From: Macrostomum lignano
Lineage: Eukaryota
Direction: 5' to 3'
Assembly (NCBI GenBank): GCA_002269645.1
Contig: NIVC01000455.1
Span: 124,001-188,000 of the forward strand
DNA length: 64,000 bases
Position numbers and translations under genes: made by a program. The number at the start of each line of letters is the position of its first letter. Position 1 is the first letter of the stretch. The notes beneath the pieces were generated by a model that was not told where the DNA came from, ran no database searches, and saw only the letters and a list, made by a program, of their open reading frames with translations. Below, piece by piece: positions 12,201-23,700 of this stretch.

Positions 12201-15200
12201 GTCTGCGAATCCGTCAGCTTCTTGATGCAGCGCTGGCCGCTGACAATGTTGCAGACTTCCAGAGGCAGGTAGGTGTGCTTGTTCTCCTGGCCCACCTGCA
12301 GGCAGGGCAGCATGGGATAGCGCAGCCGCATCTTGTACCGCTCGGCGAAGTACTTCACAACAGTGCAGTCGAGAGTCTGGCCGTTCTCCATCTGCAGCGG
12401 GAAGCTCTGGGCGCTGGCCGACCTCCTGGTGACGTTGCACACTCGGTACTTGCGGCGCATCTGGCCGCAGTGGGTGATCTCAATCTTCAGGCCTTTGATC
12501 TCCTTGGTGAACTTCACCCTGTTGCAGTCGCTGAGCGGCTTCCTGCTGTACTCCTCCAAGTCGGGCGTCTCCAGCACCTCGCAGAGAAAGTCGCAGACGC
12601 TCTGCGCCTTGTAGAAAGCCGTGGCCGACACGTCAATGTTGAGCATCATCTTCCAGTGGCTCGGCCGCACGCTCTGGTGGAAGCCGAACCAGACCTCCCG
12701 GCCGCTGCCCAGCGGGTGGTCGGTGGAGTCCAGCTCCGGCTGCTGGAAGAAGGACCGGCCCACGGGGGTGTACTGCATGCTGGGCAGGTGGCGCATGATC
12801 ACGTCCAGCGCGTTCACCGCCTCCCCCGGGATGCCGCGGCGACGGCCTTCGAGAGCCTCCTCCAGGGCGAACAGGGACACCTCGCCCAGGTAGCGCAGGC
12901 TGACGCGAAACACGCGGTCCTTGCTGCCCTCGCCCGGCAGCGTCACCTCCAGCTCCAGGCGGTCGCTGCCCAACGGGAGAGGGTCCCTGCGGGTGTGCCA
13001 GCATCTTGCTGTACTAACACTCTCGATCAGTGCTACGGACTTAACGGTTAGCACCTTTCCTGATAGGACCCTCAATATTGACAGCCTCAATTGCGAATTG
13101 ATACAAAGAAACATTCTTGACACAATCGTCCACTGACACTGAATTATGCCTGAAGTGTTGTGGGCAGAATCATGGACACAGGCAGTTCGTGAAGAATCAT
13201 GGACACAGACACTCCCTGAAGAGCAATGGACACAGACAGTTCCTGAAGAGTCATGGACACAGACACTTCCCGAAGAGCCATGGACACAGACACTCCCTGA
13301 AGAGTCATGGACACAGACACTTCCCGAAGAGCCATGGACACAGACACTCCCTGAAGAGTCATGGACACAGACACTCCCCGAAGAGCCATGGACACAGACA
13401 CTCCCTGAAGAGTCATGGACACAGACACTCCCCGAAGAGTCATGGACACAGACAGCCCAACAAACCTGGCATAGAGATTCTTCCGGCCGTCGAAGACCGG
13501 TCTCTGGTTGAAGAAGAAGCTCTGGTGGTGCATGGAGTTCACCATGGTGTTGACGATCTCCCTGTTGACCCGGCGCGGACACTTGTCCGGCACAATCGAC
13601 ACGTCATAGTGATGCAGGAAGCCCTTGGGCAGCCGGATTTCGAAGTGGTTGGCGCGCAGGCCAATGTGGCGGCCCTCCTGGCCGCGGTCCGGCCGCATAG
13701 GAGGCTGGAAGATGATGGCGGGTGGCGACGGCTCGCCGGAACTTCCATTTCCGCCGCTGCCGCCGCCACCGCCATCGCCCCCACCGAAGCTGTTCGAGCC
13801 GCCGCCCGAAGAAGCTCCGGCATTGGAGGCGACGCCGCTGCTGCCGGGGCCGCCGCCGGGGTCGCTTGATGGCGGCGGCGCGTGTGGGTTAAAGCCGCCG
13901 GGCACTAAAATTAATTAGTATGTAGATTGGTGCGATTATTATATAGGTCTGAATGATCCTTCCAGATATAGAAGGCTTCAAAGGGAATTGGTTCAGATTA
14001 TCAAATACTCACGAGAATCGTTCAGATTGTCAAATATTCAAGGGGAATTGTTCAGATTGTCAAATATTCAGGGGGAATTGTTCAGATTGTCAAATATTCA
14101 GGGGGAATCGTTCAGATTGTCAAATATTCAAGGGGAATTGTTCAGATTGTCAAATATTCAAGGGGAATTGTTCAGATTGTCAAATATTCAGATTGTCAAA
14201 TATTCAAGGGGAATTGTTCAGATTGTCAAATATTTAAGGGGAATTGCTCAGATTGTCAAATATTGAAGGGGAATTGTTTATATAGCATGCCATAATACCA
14301 TAATGGCACGCCATAACAGTAACACACCTTGCATTACAATTATATACCCTAACAACTACACTTTCCTTCAGAAAAGTCTAGCATGCACTAAATCTTCTGA
14401 AGATAGGATTGAATTAAAGATTTTCCTATTTAGTCAATAAGTTTTTCATTTTGTCTAAAGTCTCTTGCTTTATTAATATTTTTTTATAAATTGGCAATGT
14501 ACCTAACAATTAATATCAAGGAATCCCCAAAAACATTCTAGAAATTCATGTAACAACCTATAAATCCCCTGAATAGTTGATAAAATAAGGATATCCCACA
14601 AGGTCTTCAACTATTACCAACTTAGCAATTGCCCCAACAAGTCTTGACATCTTAGCAATTCTCCCTATAAGCCTTGACATCTCAGAAATTCTCCTTAAGA
14701 GTCACATCATAGTTTTATATAATGCTTCATTTATGCTTCAGGCTATGTTTCATAGTTCAACCCACTATATGATGTTTTTTCTACATTATGCTTCTTTTGT
14801 TGTATATGATGCTTCTTTAAAGCCTGACATAACACTTTTTTAAAGTCTAATATGATTTCTTTAAAGTCTTTATGTCTAATATAATGCTTTTATAAAGGGT
14901 GCAGCCCATTTTGGCGAAGCAATTTTTGGAGAAAGATGCTTTGACAAAAAATGAATTTTAAGTTTCAATAGATGTACATTTCGGCAAAAGAAAGTGACCA
15001 GTTAGGCAAAAAGATGGGCTATGTAAATGTATATATTGCAAATATACCACTTTGGTGATTGAAGCTTTTAATAATTTGTTCATTGCTGCAAATTAGTTGC
15101 AGTTAGAAAATTTAAAAACTCATGACTTAGCTCGTAGCTATGTTATGTACATGCGATCCATTGATATGTAGATGATAGATAGATTAGGGATGATGACAAT

Positions 15201-16374
15201 GTGGTTTATTAGATTATCCAGGCTCCTAAAATTGTACTTTGAAATTATGCCATAATGGAAGGGCATCTAATAAAACAACTAAATTAAACTGCGATAAAAC
15301 AAAAACATGTCACAATAAAATTAGTCTTTATAAAGTTCGTCATTTTTCTTTTTAACTTTCTTCTAAAACAAAAAACTCTTAAGCAAAGCTTGGAATAAAT
15401 TTTTACCGAAATGGTCAGCTTTAGACGAAATGGTCATTGCGAAAGTATTTTTCGCCGTTATTGACTTTTGCCAAAACTTATTTTGCCAAAATAGGTTGAA
15501 ACCTTTATAAAGTATGATATAACACTTCTTTTATATTTAAAATGATTTTTTTAAATAACATTTCTTTTTATGTCTTATATGACACTGTTTTTAGTCCAAC
15601 ATATTGCTTTTTTCATTTTTAATCCAATGCTTCTTTTAAATTATTTTTATTATTTTTTTTGAAATAAAAAAATAAATAAACTTGACACTCAAAAAAATGT
15701 GCAAAAAATTGAACCCACATTGCTTAATTAGCAATTCATTATATCTCAAAAAATCCATTTGAAATATAAGCCTTGATATCTTAGAAATTCACCTTCTCTA
15801 GGATTGAAATATGCCTGTATGCTTGCACATATCTTCTAGATTTCCTTCACTAAGAATAAGTCTAAGTCTAAACAAAATAAATGATTATCACCATATTATA
15901 GGCATATCCTATAATATTTTAAATTCAATGATCTATAATTTAATATGGAAAAATGAAATGAATGAAATGAATGACATACTTATACCCAGTGGCGCAACCA
16001 GGGGGGGGGCAGGGGGGGGCGGTTGCCCCCCCTTAGGCGGGGGACCGAAAAAAATCAAAGGGGGGACCAAGCGAATTTTAACAGAGCCACCCCTCCACTG
16101 CCACCCCTCCCGGGACTTTACCCTCAGAATCCGCCCCCCCCCCTTGAAAAATTTCTGGTTGCACTACTGCTTATACTTTAATTAAACTAAAAATCTGTCA
16201 TAAAAAGACAAACATAAGAAAACAAAAAACAAGAAAAAAATGCTTACAAAGACCAGCTGCAGGTGGAAATTGCACAGGACTGCCAAAATCGTTTTGTTGA
16301 TGAAAGCTTGGGCTATGCCCCGTAGGTGCAACAGGTGAATGTGGGAAGAAGCTGCTCTGTCCTAGAAGTGCCAT
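9267..16374 (-). CDS. AGO: Argonaute, AGO clade (miRNA/siRNA type), ~950 aa; exons 16374-16248, 13904-13466, 12986-12083, 11630-11250, 10940-10491, 10075-9836, 9578-9267
   Basis: N domain ([18 protein letters not shown]), PAZ ([23 protein letters not shown]), MID ([19 protein letters not shown]), PIWI tetrad GDVTH, REERI, RDGVS, YYAHL and C-terminal MYFA. All six GT-AG introns are phase-compatible (2853 nt). Exon 1 is inferred from a good-context ATG, an open frame and a phase-1 GTAAG donor, and is less certain than the rest. Confidence 0.95.
10128..10400. repeat. Minisatellite, 34-bp unit (ctaagggaacacctaattggggataagaggtggt), ~8 copies, Argonaute intron 5
   Basis: Direct periodicity. Confidence 0.95.
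11002..11210. repeat. Minisatellite, ~33-bp unit (aaccaatcagagactctgaacagacctcatcct), ~6 copies, Argonaute intron 4
   Basis: Direct periodicity; each unit contains AACCAATCAGA. Confidence 0.95.
11700..11990. repeat. Degenerate 15-bp purine-rich repeat (gagggaatgggagtt), Argonaute intron 3
   Basis: Direct periodicity, decaying at both ends. Confidence 0.9.
13170..13454. repeat. Minisatellite, 27-bp unit (catggacacagacactccctgaagagt), ~10 copies, Argonaute intron 2
   Basis: Direct periodicity starting ~11 nt from the donor. Confidence 0.95.
13985..14280. repeat. Minisatellite, 30-bp unit (tcaaatattcaaggggaattgttcagattg), ~9 copies, Argonaute intron 1
   Basis: Direct periodicity. Confidence 0.95.
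14897..15503. mobile_element. Non-autonomous DNA transposon (MITE, 607 bp) in Argonaute intron 1
   Basis: Imperfect TIRs gggtgcagcccattttggcgaa / ttttgccaaaataggttgaaacc flanked by the 8-bp direct repeat tttataaa. Confidence 0.6.
15987..16169. mobile_element. hAT-type MITE (183 bp) in Argonaute intron 1
   Basis: TIRs cagtggcgcaaccag / ctggttgcactactg; 8-bp TSD cttatacc / cttatact. Confidence 0.8.
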
Positions 16375-17797
16375 TATAGTCGATAAACCAGAGTAGTTGA
16401 TTTAGTCACACTCTATGCCCAAGAGAAAATAAGTTAGGCTCACTAAGTTAGATTTTAGACCTAGGTGCTAGATTTTTTACTGTAGAATCGAAATGTAATT
16501 ACCGAAACTGAAAGAACTAAAATGGTAAGCGATGTGTGTGAACAAAAAATGACTGAAAGTCAGACTAAAGACATGAGCCAAAATAATTATTCTGCAGCGA
16601 TATTGGTTACAACTAATTCAACTTCAACTACAGTAAGAGAGGCAACCTCAATTAATCTGACGAATGTTGAATGTTGATGATGATGATGACCTGAAAAATA
16701 AATTAAACGAAAAGACCATTTAAATTCGAGCCATCGTTTGTCGACGAAAGAGGCTGAAATAAAATGCTTTAAAAAGCTTTCTTAAATAAACTATACGTAA
16801 ATTATAGACAGATAATCAAATAAATGCAAAATTTAAAAGCAAAATATTTATAATACATAAGTTTTTTGTTATAGTGTCTTCTTACCTTTAATATTATTTC
16901 TAGGCACGACCATTAAAATACGATTTGTTTTTAACTTCTCAAACTTCCGCGAAACATATATTTTAATTTTACAGCAGAGTGCCTTTCTGCGACTAGACTC
17001 TAGAGCATGAAAATAGATAAGATAAGTTATTTATTTATTCATAAAGTCTTTACATTTTTGTTGTTGCAAAATTTTCTTACGTCTGGTAATTTTTGGAGAA
17101 GCTTTGATAAGCTTTGATTCCACAATAGATGACTATACTAAAACTTGGGGAGGCGCATAACTTCTAGATTAATGTTGTTTGCCTGGTTTTAATGTTTTTC
17201 ATATTTTCAACATTCATTTTCTTTCAATTAATTTTATCTTTTTCAAAAGTTGTTTTCAAGCCTAAATGCTGAAATCATAAATTTTATGAATCGAAATATT
17301 CATTCTATGTAGGCAATAGCTAGGCTGCCTAGGCATTTTCTTGCAAAGATATCTGTAGTAAAATTGACAGCACAGTTAGTACCTAAAATAAAATTTTTCT
17401 ATCAACTCTTAACTTTCAAAACTTTTCAAAAGGTTTATGTGAATCCATCTTTATAAGTTCGCATTCATCAAATTATGCATTTTAAAAAAATTATTGCACT
17501 TTTCTAACAGTTCAGTCAGGATTTTCAATGACTAATTGACATTGGTCTATGTAGATCAACATTTTAATATTTTCTAGAGGTGCTAAATTTTTTTGCTTCG
17601 GTATTTTAAGCTGCATAGATTTAAGTGTTTGAATACTAGTTATTTAACAATTGTTTTTTTGGGGATTTGGTAGTTAATACACCCGAAGAAGCCAATTTTG
17701 TCATCAATGTATATATTTTCACAAGTATTTGGGAATCTATTTTCTGAAGCACACAGTCTAGAATTCGATACTGATTTGCAGAAGCTGGGCAGACAAA

Positions 17798-20700
17798 ATG
17801 GCGGATTCAAAGTACCGCTCCATAGTGGAGTCCTGCCTGAGACAGCGCATTCTCTACGAGGATCCGGAGTTCCCAGCAACAAATTCCAGCCTGTTCTTCT
17901 CCCAGCGGCCGCCCTATCCCATCAGCTGGATGCGGCCGCACGACATTGCCAAGCAGTACGGGCAAGAGGCCCTCTTTGCTGATGACGGCTACTCGAGATT
18001 CGACCTGAATCAGGTGGGTTGGTTGTTAGCCAGGTTCGCCGCTTCAGCAACCCCCCTCCCTGGTTTTTCTGTTAGCGACTTTGACAAACAAATTATATTT
18101 TTTTCTGCTAGTCCCTCGGAAGCCCTGCAGCTGTTCGCATTGAACTCACCCCGCAGGGCGAGCTCGGCGACTGCTGGGTGGTGGCGGCGCTCGCCTCGCT
18201 TGCCGACCACGAGGAAGCTCTTCAACGCGTTGTGCCGCCCGGCCAGACCATGGACCCGCGCCAGGGCTACTGCGGCGTCTTCCGGTTTCGCTTCTTCCGA
18301 TTCGGCCGCTGGGTCGAAGTCCTTGTGGACGACCGGCTGCCCACGCGGCAGGGCGAGCTGGTGTACATCCACTCGGCCAGCCAGCGGGAGTTCTGGAGCG
18401 CCCTGGTCGAGAAGGCCTACGCCAAGCTGTTCGGCTGCTACGAGAGCCTCTCTGGCGGTCTCATTGGCGACGCGCTTGACGACTTCACCGGCGGCATGTC
18501 GGAGTCCTTCAACCTGAACCGCGTCAAGCCGGAGAGTCTGAGGGGCGTGCCGCGGTACCTGTTCCAGGCATTCGACAGAAACTCGCTGGTTGGCGCCGGA
18601 ATCTTGGATAACAAGGTTTGCATGAGAGTTTTGAGCTGCGGCTGGCTCATGATAGGATAATGAAGTGCATGGCAAATGCACTTAATAATTGTAGCCCATA
18701 CTCGTACTTTGCAAGTTTCGTCCCCTTTTTATTACGTGCTAACTGTAGTAGTCCCCATTCACTTATGTCTATGACCACGACCTTAAAACCCTCGTATTGC
18801 CTCCCCCCGAGCGCGTCTTCTCTCTAAGTTTTTCTTCGGCTTAAAGCTTTCGTAATCGCATGACAAATAAAAAGCAATATCAGCCATAAGAGATAATCTG
18901 CAACAAGACAAATACATCAGTTACCAGACACAACAGATAATAGTATATAGGATTACACCAGCCCCAATTGGGTCAGATGCTACCGACAGCTCAGCCGCAG
19001 CTATTGCGCTTCCATCTTAAGGCTGCGTACGGCTGTTCAGTCCAAGGACTGGGGGGGGGGTCGCCAAGCACACCCTCAATTACCCCAGCTAATGCTGTTA
19101 CCCATTTTACAGTTGGGTGAACTGAAGCAATGCAGAGTTAAGTGTGCTCCAGTTGGATTGAACCCCCGACTTTCGTGAACCACTATGCTACATCCCCTAG
19201 TGCATAATATACATAATGGTGGTGTACATAATATACCAGTATTATTAGGGTTAGAGTATGAACTTCCAGCTGTAACCTTCTAGTTGATGAAGAATCGACA
19301 ATCGTTGATAAAGTTGATTCTCCGATATCGATCGATAAATCGATAAACTGTAACTGTCGTGCCAGGATAGCTTGCCCCCAGGGAACAGGTCTCGCGCCAG
19401 AGCAGCGTCTCGATATTTTACACACAGCCCCACTGCTATTTTGGTGGTATACGAGCCTTCAAGGATGACAAACTTGTTGCTGTTTAGAGAAAACTTGATG
19501 AGGACTGACACGTGGCCTGTGCTCAGGTCTGTGGACTGTGAGGCTCTTGGCGTCGGATCGTACAACGACAACAGCGATTCTGCTCGATAAGCTACTTAGT
19601 CGCGAGCTTCGACTGACTTTTGACCACGTACATCACAACTGCCGCTTTAAATTGAGAACCTGTTTTTTCCCTAACTTTTCACCTTGCTGTGAAACTTCAC
19701 TTGACCCACAGCCAAACAAATTATGCCAGCGCAAACTGCTTCTGTGTCTTGATTTTTAGTCACGGAGCCTGACCCCTACGAGCGTGAATCTTAACAAGCT
19801 TAAGCCAGCATTCCGTGCAAACGACAGCTTTGTCAAACCCGGCACCCCCAGCTGCACCAAATCGATTACACCTTCCCCAATAGGGTCAGACGTGCAATCA
19901 ACAGCTCACCCGCAGCTATTGCGCGGCGCATCAGAAGGCTGCGTACGGCTGTTCAGTCCAAAGACTGGGGGGTTCGCCAAGCACACCCTCAATTACTTCA
20001 GCTAATGCTGGTACCCATTTTACAGCTGGATGAACTAAAGCCACACTTACTTGTTCATAAGTGTACCTTCAATCACTTACTTGTTTCGCCCCCAAACACG
20101 CCCATCTCAGGGTCCCGGCACCGTCACCCTGACGGGCCGCATCCTGCCCAACGGTCTGGTTGCCGGGCACGCCTACACCATCAACGACATACGGCAGCTG
20201 CGCCTGACTGACCAGTCGAACCGGAACATCCTCACCACCCTGGTGCGCGTGCGCAACCCCTGGGGCGACAAGGTCGAGTGGAACGGGCCCTGGAGCGATC
20301 GCAGTCCCGAATGGTCCCAGCTAGGCAGCGGTGCCCGCCAGGCCCTCGGGCTCGTTGCACGCGACGACGGCGAATTCTGGATGCGCTGGGAGGACTTCGT
20401 GGCCAACTTCGACACGTTGGACATGTGCCACGCCCCGCCGGAGGCAGGCGGCGACTCCGCCAAGCGCTGGGCGGTGCAGGCCATGACGGGGGTCTGGAAG
20501 CCCGGCCAGACCGCGGGCGGCCGGCCCGCCTACCGCGACACGCACTGGATGAACCCGCAGTTCCACGTGCGCCTGGTTGATTCGGACGATGACGATGACA
20601 ATCTGGCGACTTGCATCATCGGCCTGCAGCAGAGGGTGGGCATCTCCTTGACATTGAATAACCTTGCCATTATAAATCACAATGATTTTTCTAGAAAACT

Positions 20701-23700
20701 CATGACCTGTTGAGTGTGGGTAGATTCTGGGATATCCAGAGCCTCTGAGCATGTCCTGAAGCATCCAGAGCCTGTGAGTATGTCCTGAAGCATCCAAAGC
20801 CTGTGAGTATGTCCTGAAGCATCCAGAGCCTGTGAGTATGTCCTGAAGCATCCAGAGCCTGTGAGTATGTCCTGAAGCATCCAGAGCCTGTGAGTATGTC
20901 CTGAAGCATCCAGAGCCTGTGAGTATGTCCTGAAGCATCCAGAGCCTGTGAGTATGTCCTGAAGTATCAATACCCTGTGACTAGATCATGAGATATCCAG
21001 AGCCTCTGAGTAGGTCCCGAGACATCCAGAGCCTTGTGAGTAGGTCCCGAGACGTCTGAGTGTGGGAGTCAAATATTTTAGGATAGCTAAATAAGATCAT
21101 CGGTACATTGTGGGGTATCCATGAGAAACCCTCGAAATTTTACAACTGTTTGACTCGAAAGAGTCAAGAGACCATCGGTGCCCCACGACCAATTTGTAAT
21201 GGCTTGAGCCCAGGTGTTAACAACTCCCTAAACGCCACTTGCACCGCAGGACAATCGCGGCGTGAGACGTCAGTCGGACTACCTGCAGATCGGGTTCGTG
21301 GTGTACCACCTGCCCACACCGCAGCTGGTTGGTAGGCAGCTTCCCCGGGACTTCTTCAACAGAAACGCCTTTGTGGCGGCCTGCGATTACTTCATCAATT
21401 CGCGAGCCAACGTGAAACGCTTCAACTTGCAGCCGGGGAACTACGTGATTGTGCCGTGCACCTTCGATGCGCACCAGGTGAGGGCCTGAGCTCACTCAGA
21501 CACTTGTACTTATTTTTACCGTGACTGCAGCCCCAGTACCCCCACCATGACACAGGGGACTGCAGTTCCAGCACTCACCATGACACAGGTGACTGCAGCA
21601 CCAGCACCCACCACAGGTGACTGCAGCCCCAGCACCCACCACAGGTCTCTCGCCATTCAGGTGTCTGTGACCTAAGTTTACCCCAAGTATTACAAAAGTA
21701 ATAAATTCCTTTCAGCATGGAGAATTTCTCCTTCGAGTGTACACCGAACGCGAAGCTGCTGCTCCCGCGGTTCCCCTCACGCCGGCCAGTGGCGGCGGCG
21801 GCGGCGGTGAGCCGCTGTCTCCGATGACGCCGAAGGAACGCAGGCGCGGCGGCAGTGCCGAGTCATCCGCGTTAGAGGCGCTGAAGCGCCTGGCCTACGA
21901 TGAGGCGCGATTCCGGCAGGTGTTCGCCCAGCAGTCGGGCTCGGACATGGCCTTGGACCCGTGGGAGCTGCAGCAGCACCTGCCGCAGATGCTGGCCAGC
22001 ATCGGCCGGTTGGAACTCAGCATCGACGCCTGCAAGCAGCTGGTTGGCGTCACGGATGTCGACAGCAGCGGCAAGCTGAGCTTCGCCCAGTTCAACTACC
22101 TGTGGTCGCTGCTGGTCTGGTGGCTGAAACTCTTCTTCGAGGCCGATGGTGATAGGAACGGCTCCATCGATGGGGCCGAACTGCACTCGGCGCTGAGCAA
22201 ATCCGGCTACCGCCTCCACGGGAGTCAGGTGAGGTCCGGCTGAGAGTCAGGTGAGGTCCGGCTGAGAGTCAGGTGAGGTCAGGCTGAGAGTCAGGTGAGG
22301 TCAGGCTGAGAGTCAGGTGAGGTCAGGCTGGGAGTCAAGTGAGTCCGGGCTGAGAGTCAGGTGAGTCCAGGCTGAGAGTCAGGTGAGTTCAGGCTGAGAG
22401 TCAGGTGAGTCCAGGCTGAGAGTCAGGTGAGTTCAGGTTAAGAGTCAGGGTGAGTTCAGGCTGGGAGTCAAGTGAGTTCAGGCTGAGAGTCAGGTGAGGT
22501 CAGGCTGGGAGTCAAGTGAGTCCGGGCTGAGAGTCAGGTGAGTCCAGGCTGAGAGTCAGGTGAGTTCAGGCTGAGAGTCAGGTGAGTTCAGGCTGGGAGT
22601 CAAGTGAGTTCAGGCTGAGAGTCAGGTGAGGTCAGGCTGGGAGTCAAGTGAGTCCGGGCTGAGAGTCAGGTGAGTCCAGGCTGAGAGTCAGGTGAGTTCA
22701 GGCTGAGAGTCAGGTGAGTTCAGGCTGGGAGTCAGGCGAGTTCAGGCTGAGAGTCAGGTGAGTTTAGGCTGAGAGTCAGGTGAGTCCAGGCTGAGAGTCA
22801 GGTGAGTTCAGGCTGAGAGTCAGATGAGTTCAGGCTGAGAGTCAGGTGAGTTCAGGCTGGGAGTCAGGTGAGTTTAGGCTGAGAGTCAGGTGAGTCCAGG
22901 CTGAGAGTCAGGTGAGTTCAGGCTGAGAGTCAGGTGAGGTCAGGCTGGGAGTCAGGTGAGTTCAGGCTGAGAGTCAGGTGAGTTCAGGCTGGGAGTCAGG
23001 CAGTGAGGCTCTGATCAGTAGGCTGAATGAAGATCTACAGAGTGGCTTCATGGATGCCACTTGTACATCTATTAGAAAGTCAGAAAGACAAAAACCGCAC
23101 AATACCCCCAGATAATGTCGTTGAGACGTCGCTACGAGGACCGCAACGGCCGTCTGGACCTTTCTGGATTCCTGCGCGCCATGGCGGCGGTCGTGAGCGC
23201 CTTCCGGTTGTTCCAGAATGCGTCCAGGGGACAGGCCTACGCTAAGATGACGATGGAAGAGGTGAGGCCTCAGTGTGCTCCTCTTCTCTTCTGCATCAAC
23301 TCTCCCTCTTGCCTATGATGGCCTGAAGTGCTGGCGCATCTGGTGCTGGCGCCTCTGGTGCTGGCGCCTCTGGTGCTGGCGCCTCTGGTGCTGGCGCCTC
23401 TGGTGCTGGCGCCTCTGGTGCTGGCGCCTCTGGTGCTGGCGCCTCTGGTGCTGGCGCCTCTGGTGCTGGCGCCTCTGGTGCTGGCGCCTCTGGTGCTGGC
23501 GCCTCTGGTGCTGGCGCCTCTGGTGCTGGCGCCTCTGGTGCTGGCGCCTCTGGTGCTGGCGCCTCTGGTGCTGGCGCCTCTGGTGCTGGCGCCTCTGGTG
23601 CTGGCGCCTCTGGTGCTGGCGCCTCTGGTGCTGGCGCCTCTGGTGCTGGCGCCTCTGGTGCTGGCGCCTCTGGTGCTGGCGCCTCTGGTGCTGGCGCCTC

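Noticed and set aside
13895-17800. Start codon supplied by a flatworm spliced-leader terminal AUG for Argonaute or calpain
   Set aside because: An AUG joined at acceptor 13904 or 17782 is out of frame with each gene, and a cis exon at 16374-16248 supplies the Argonaute start
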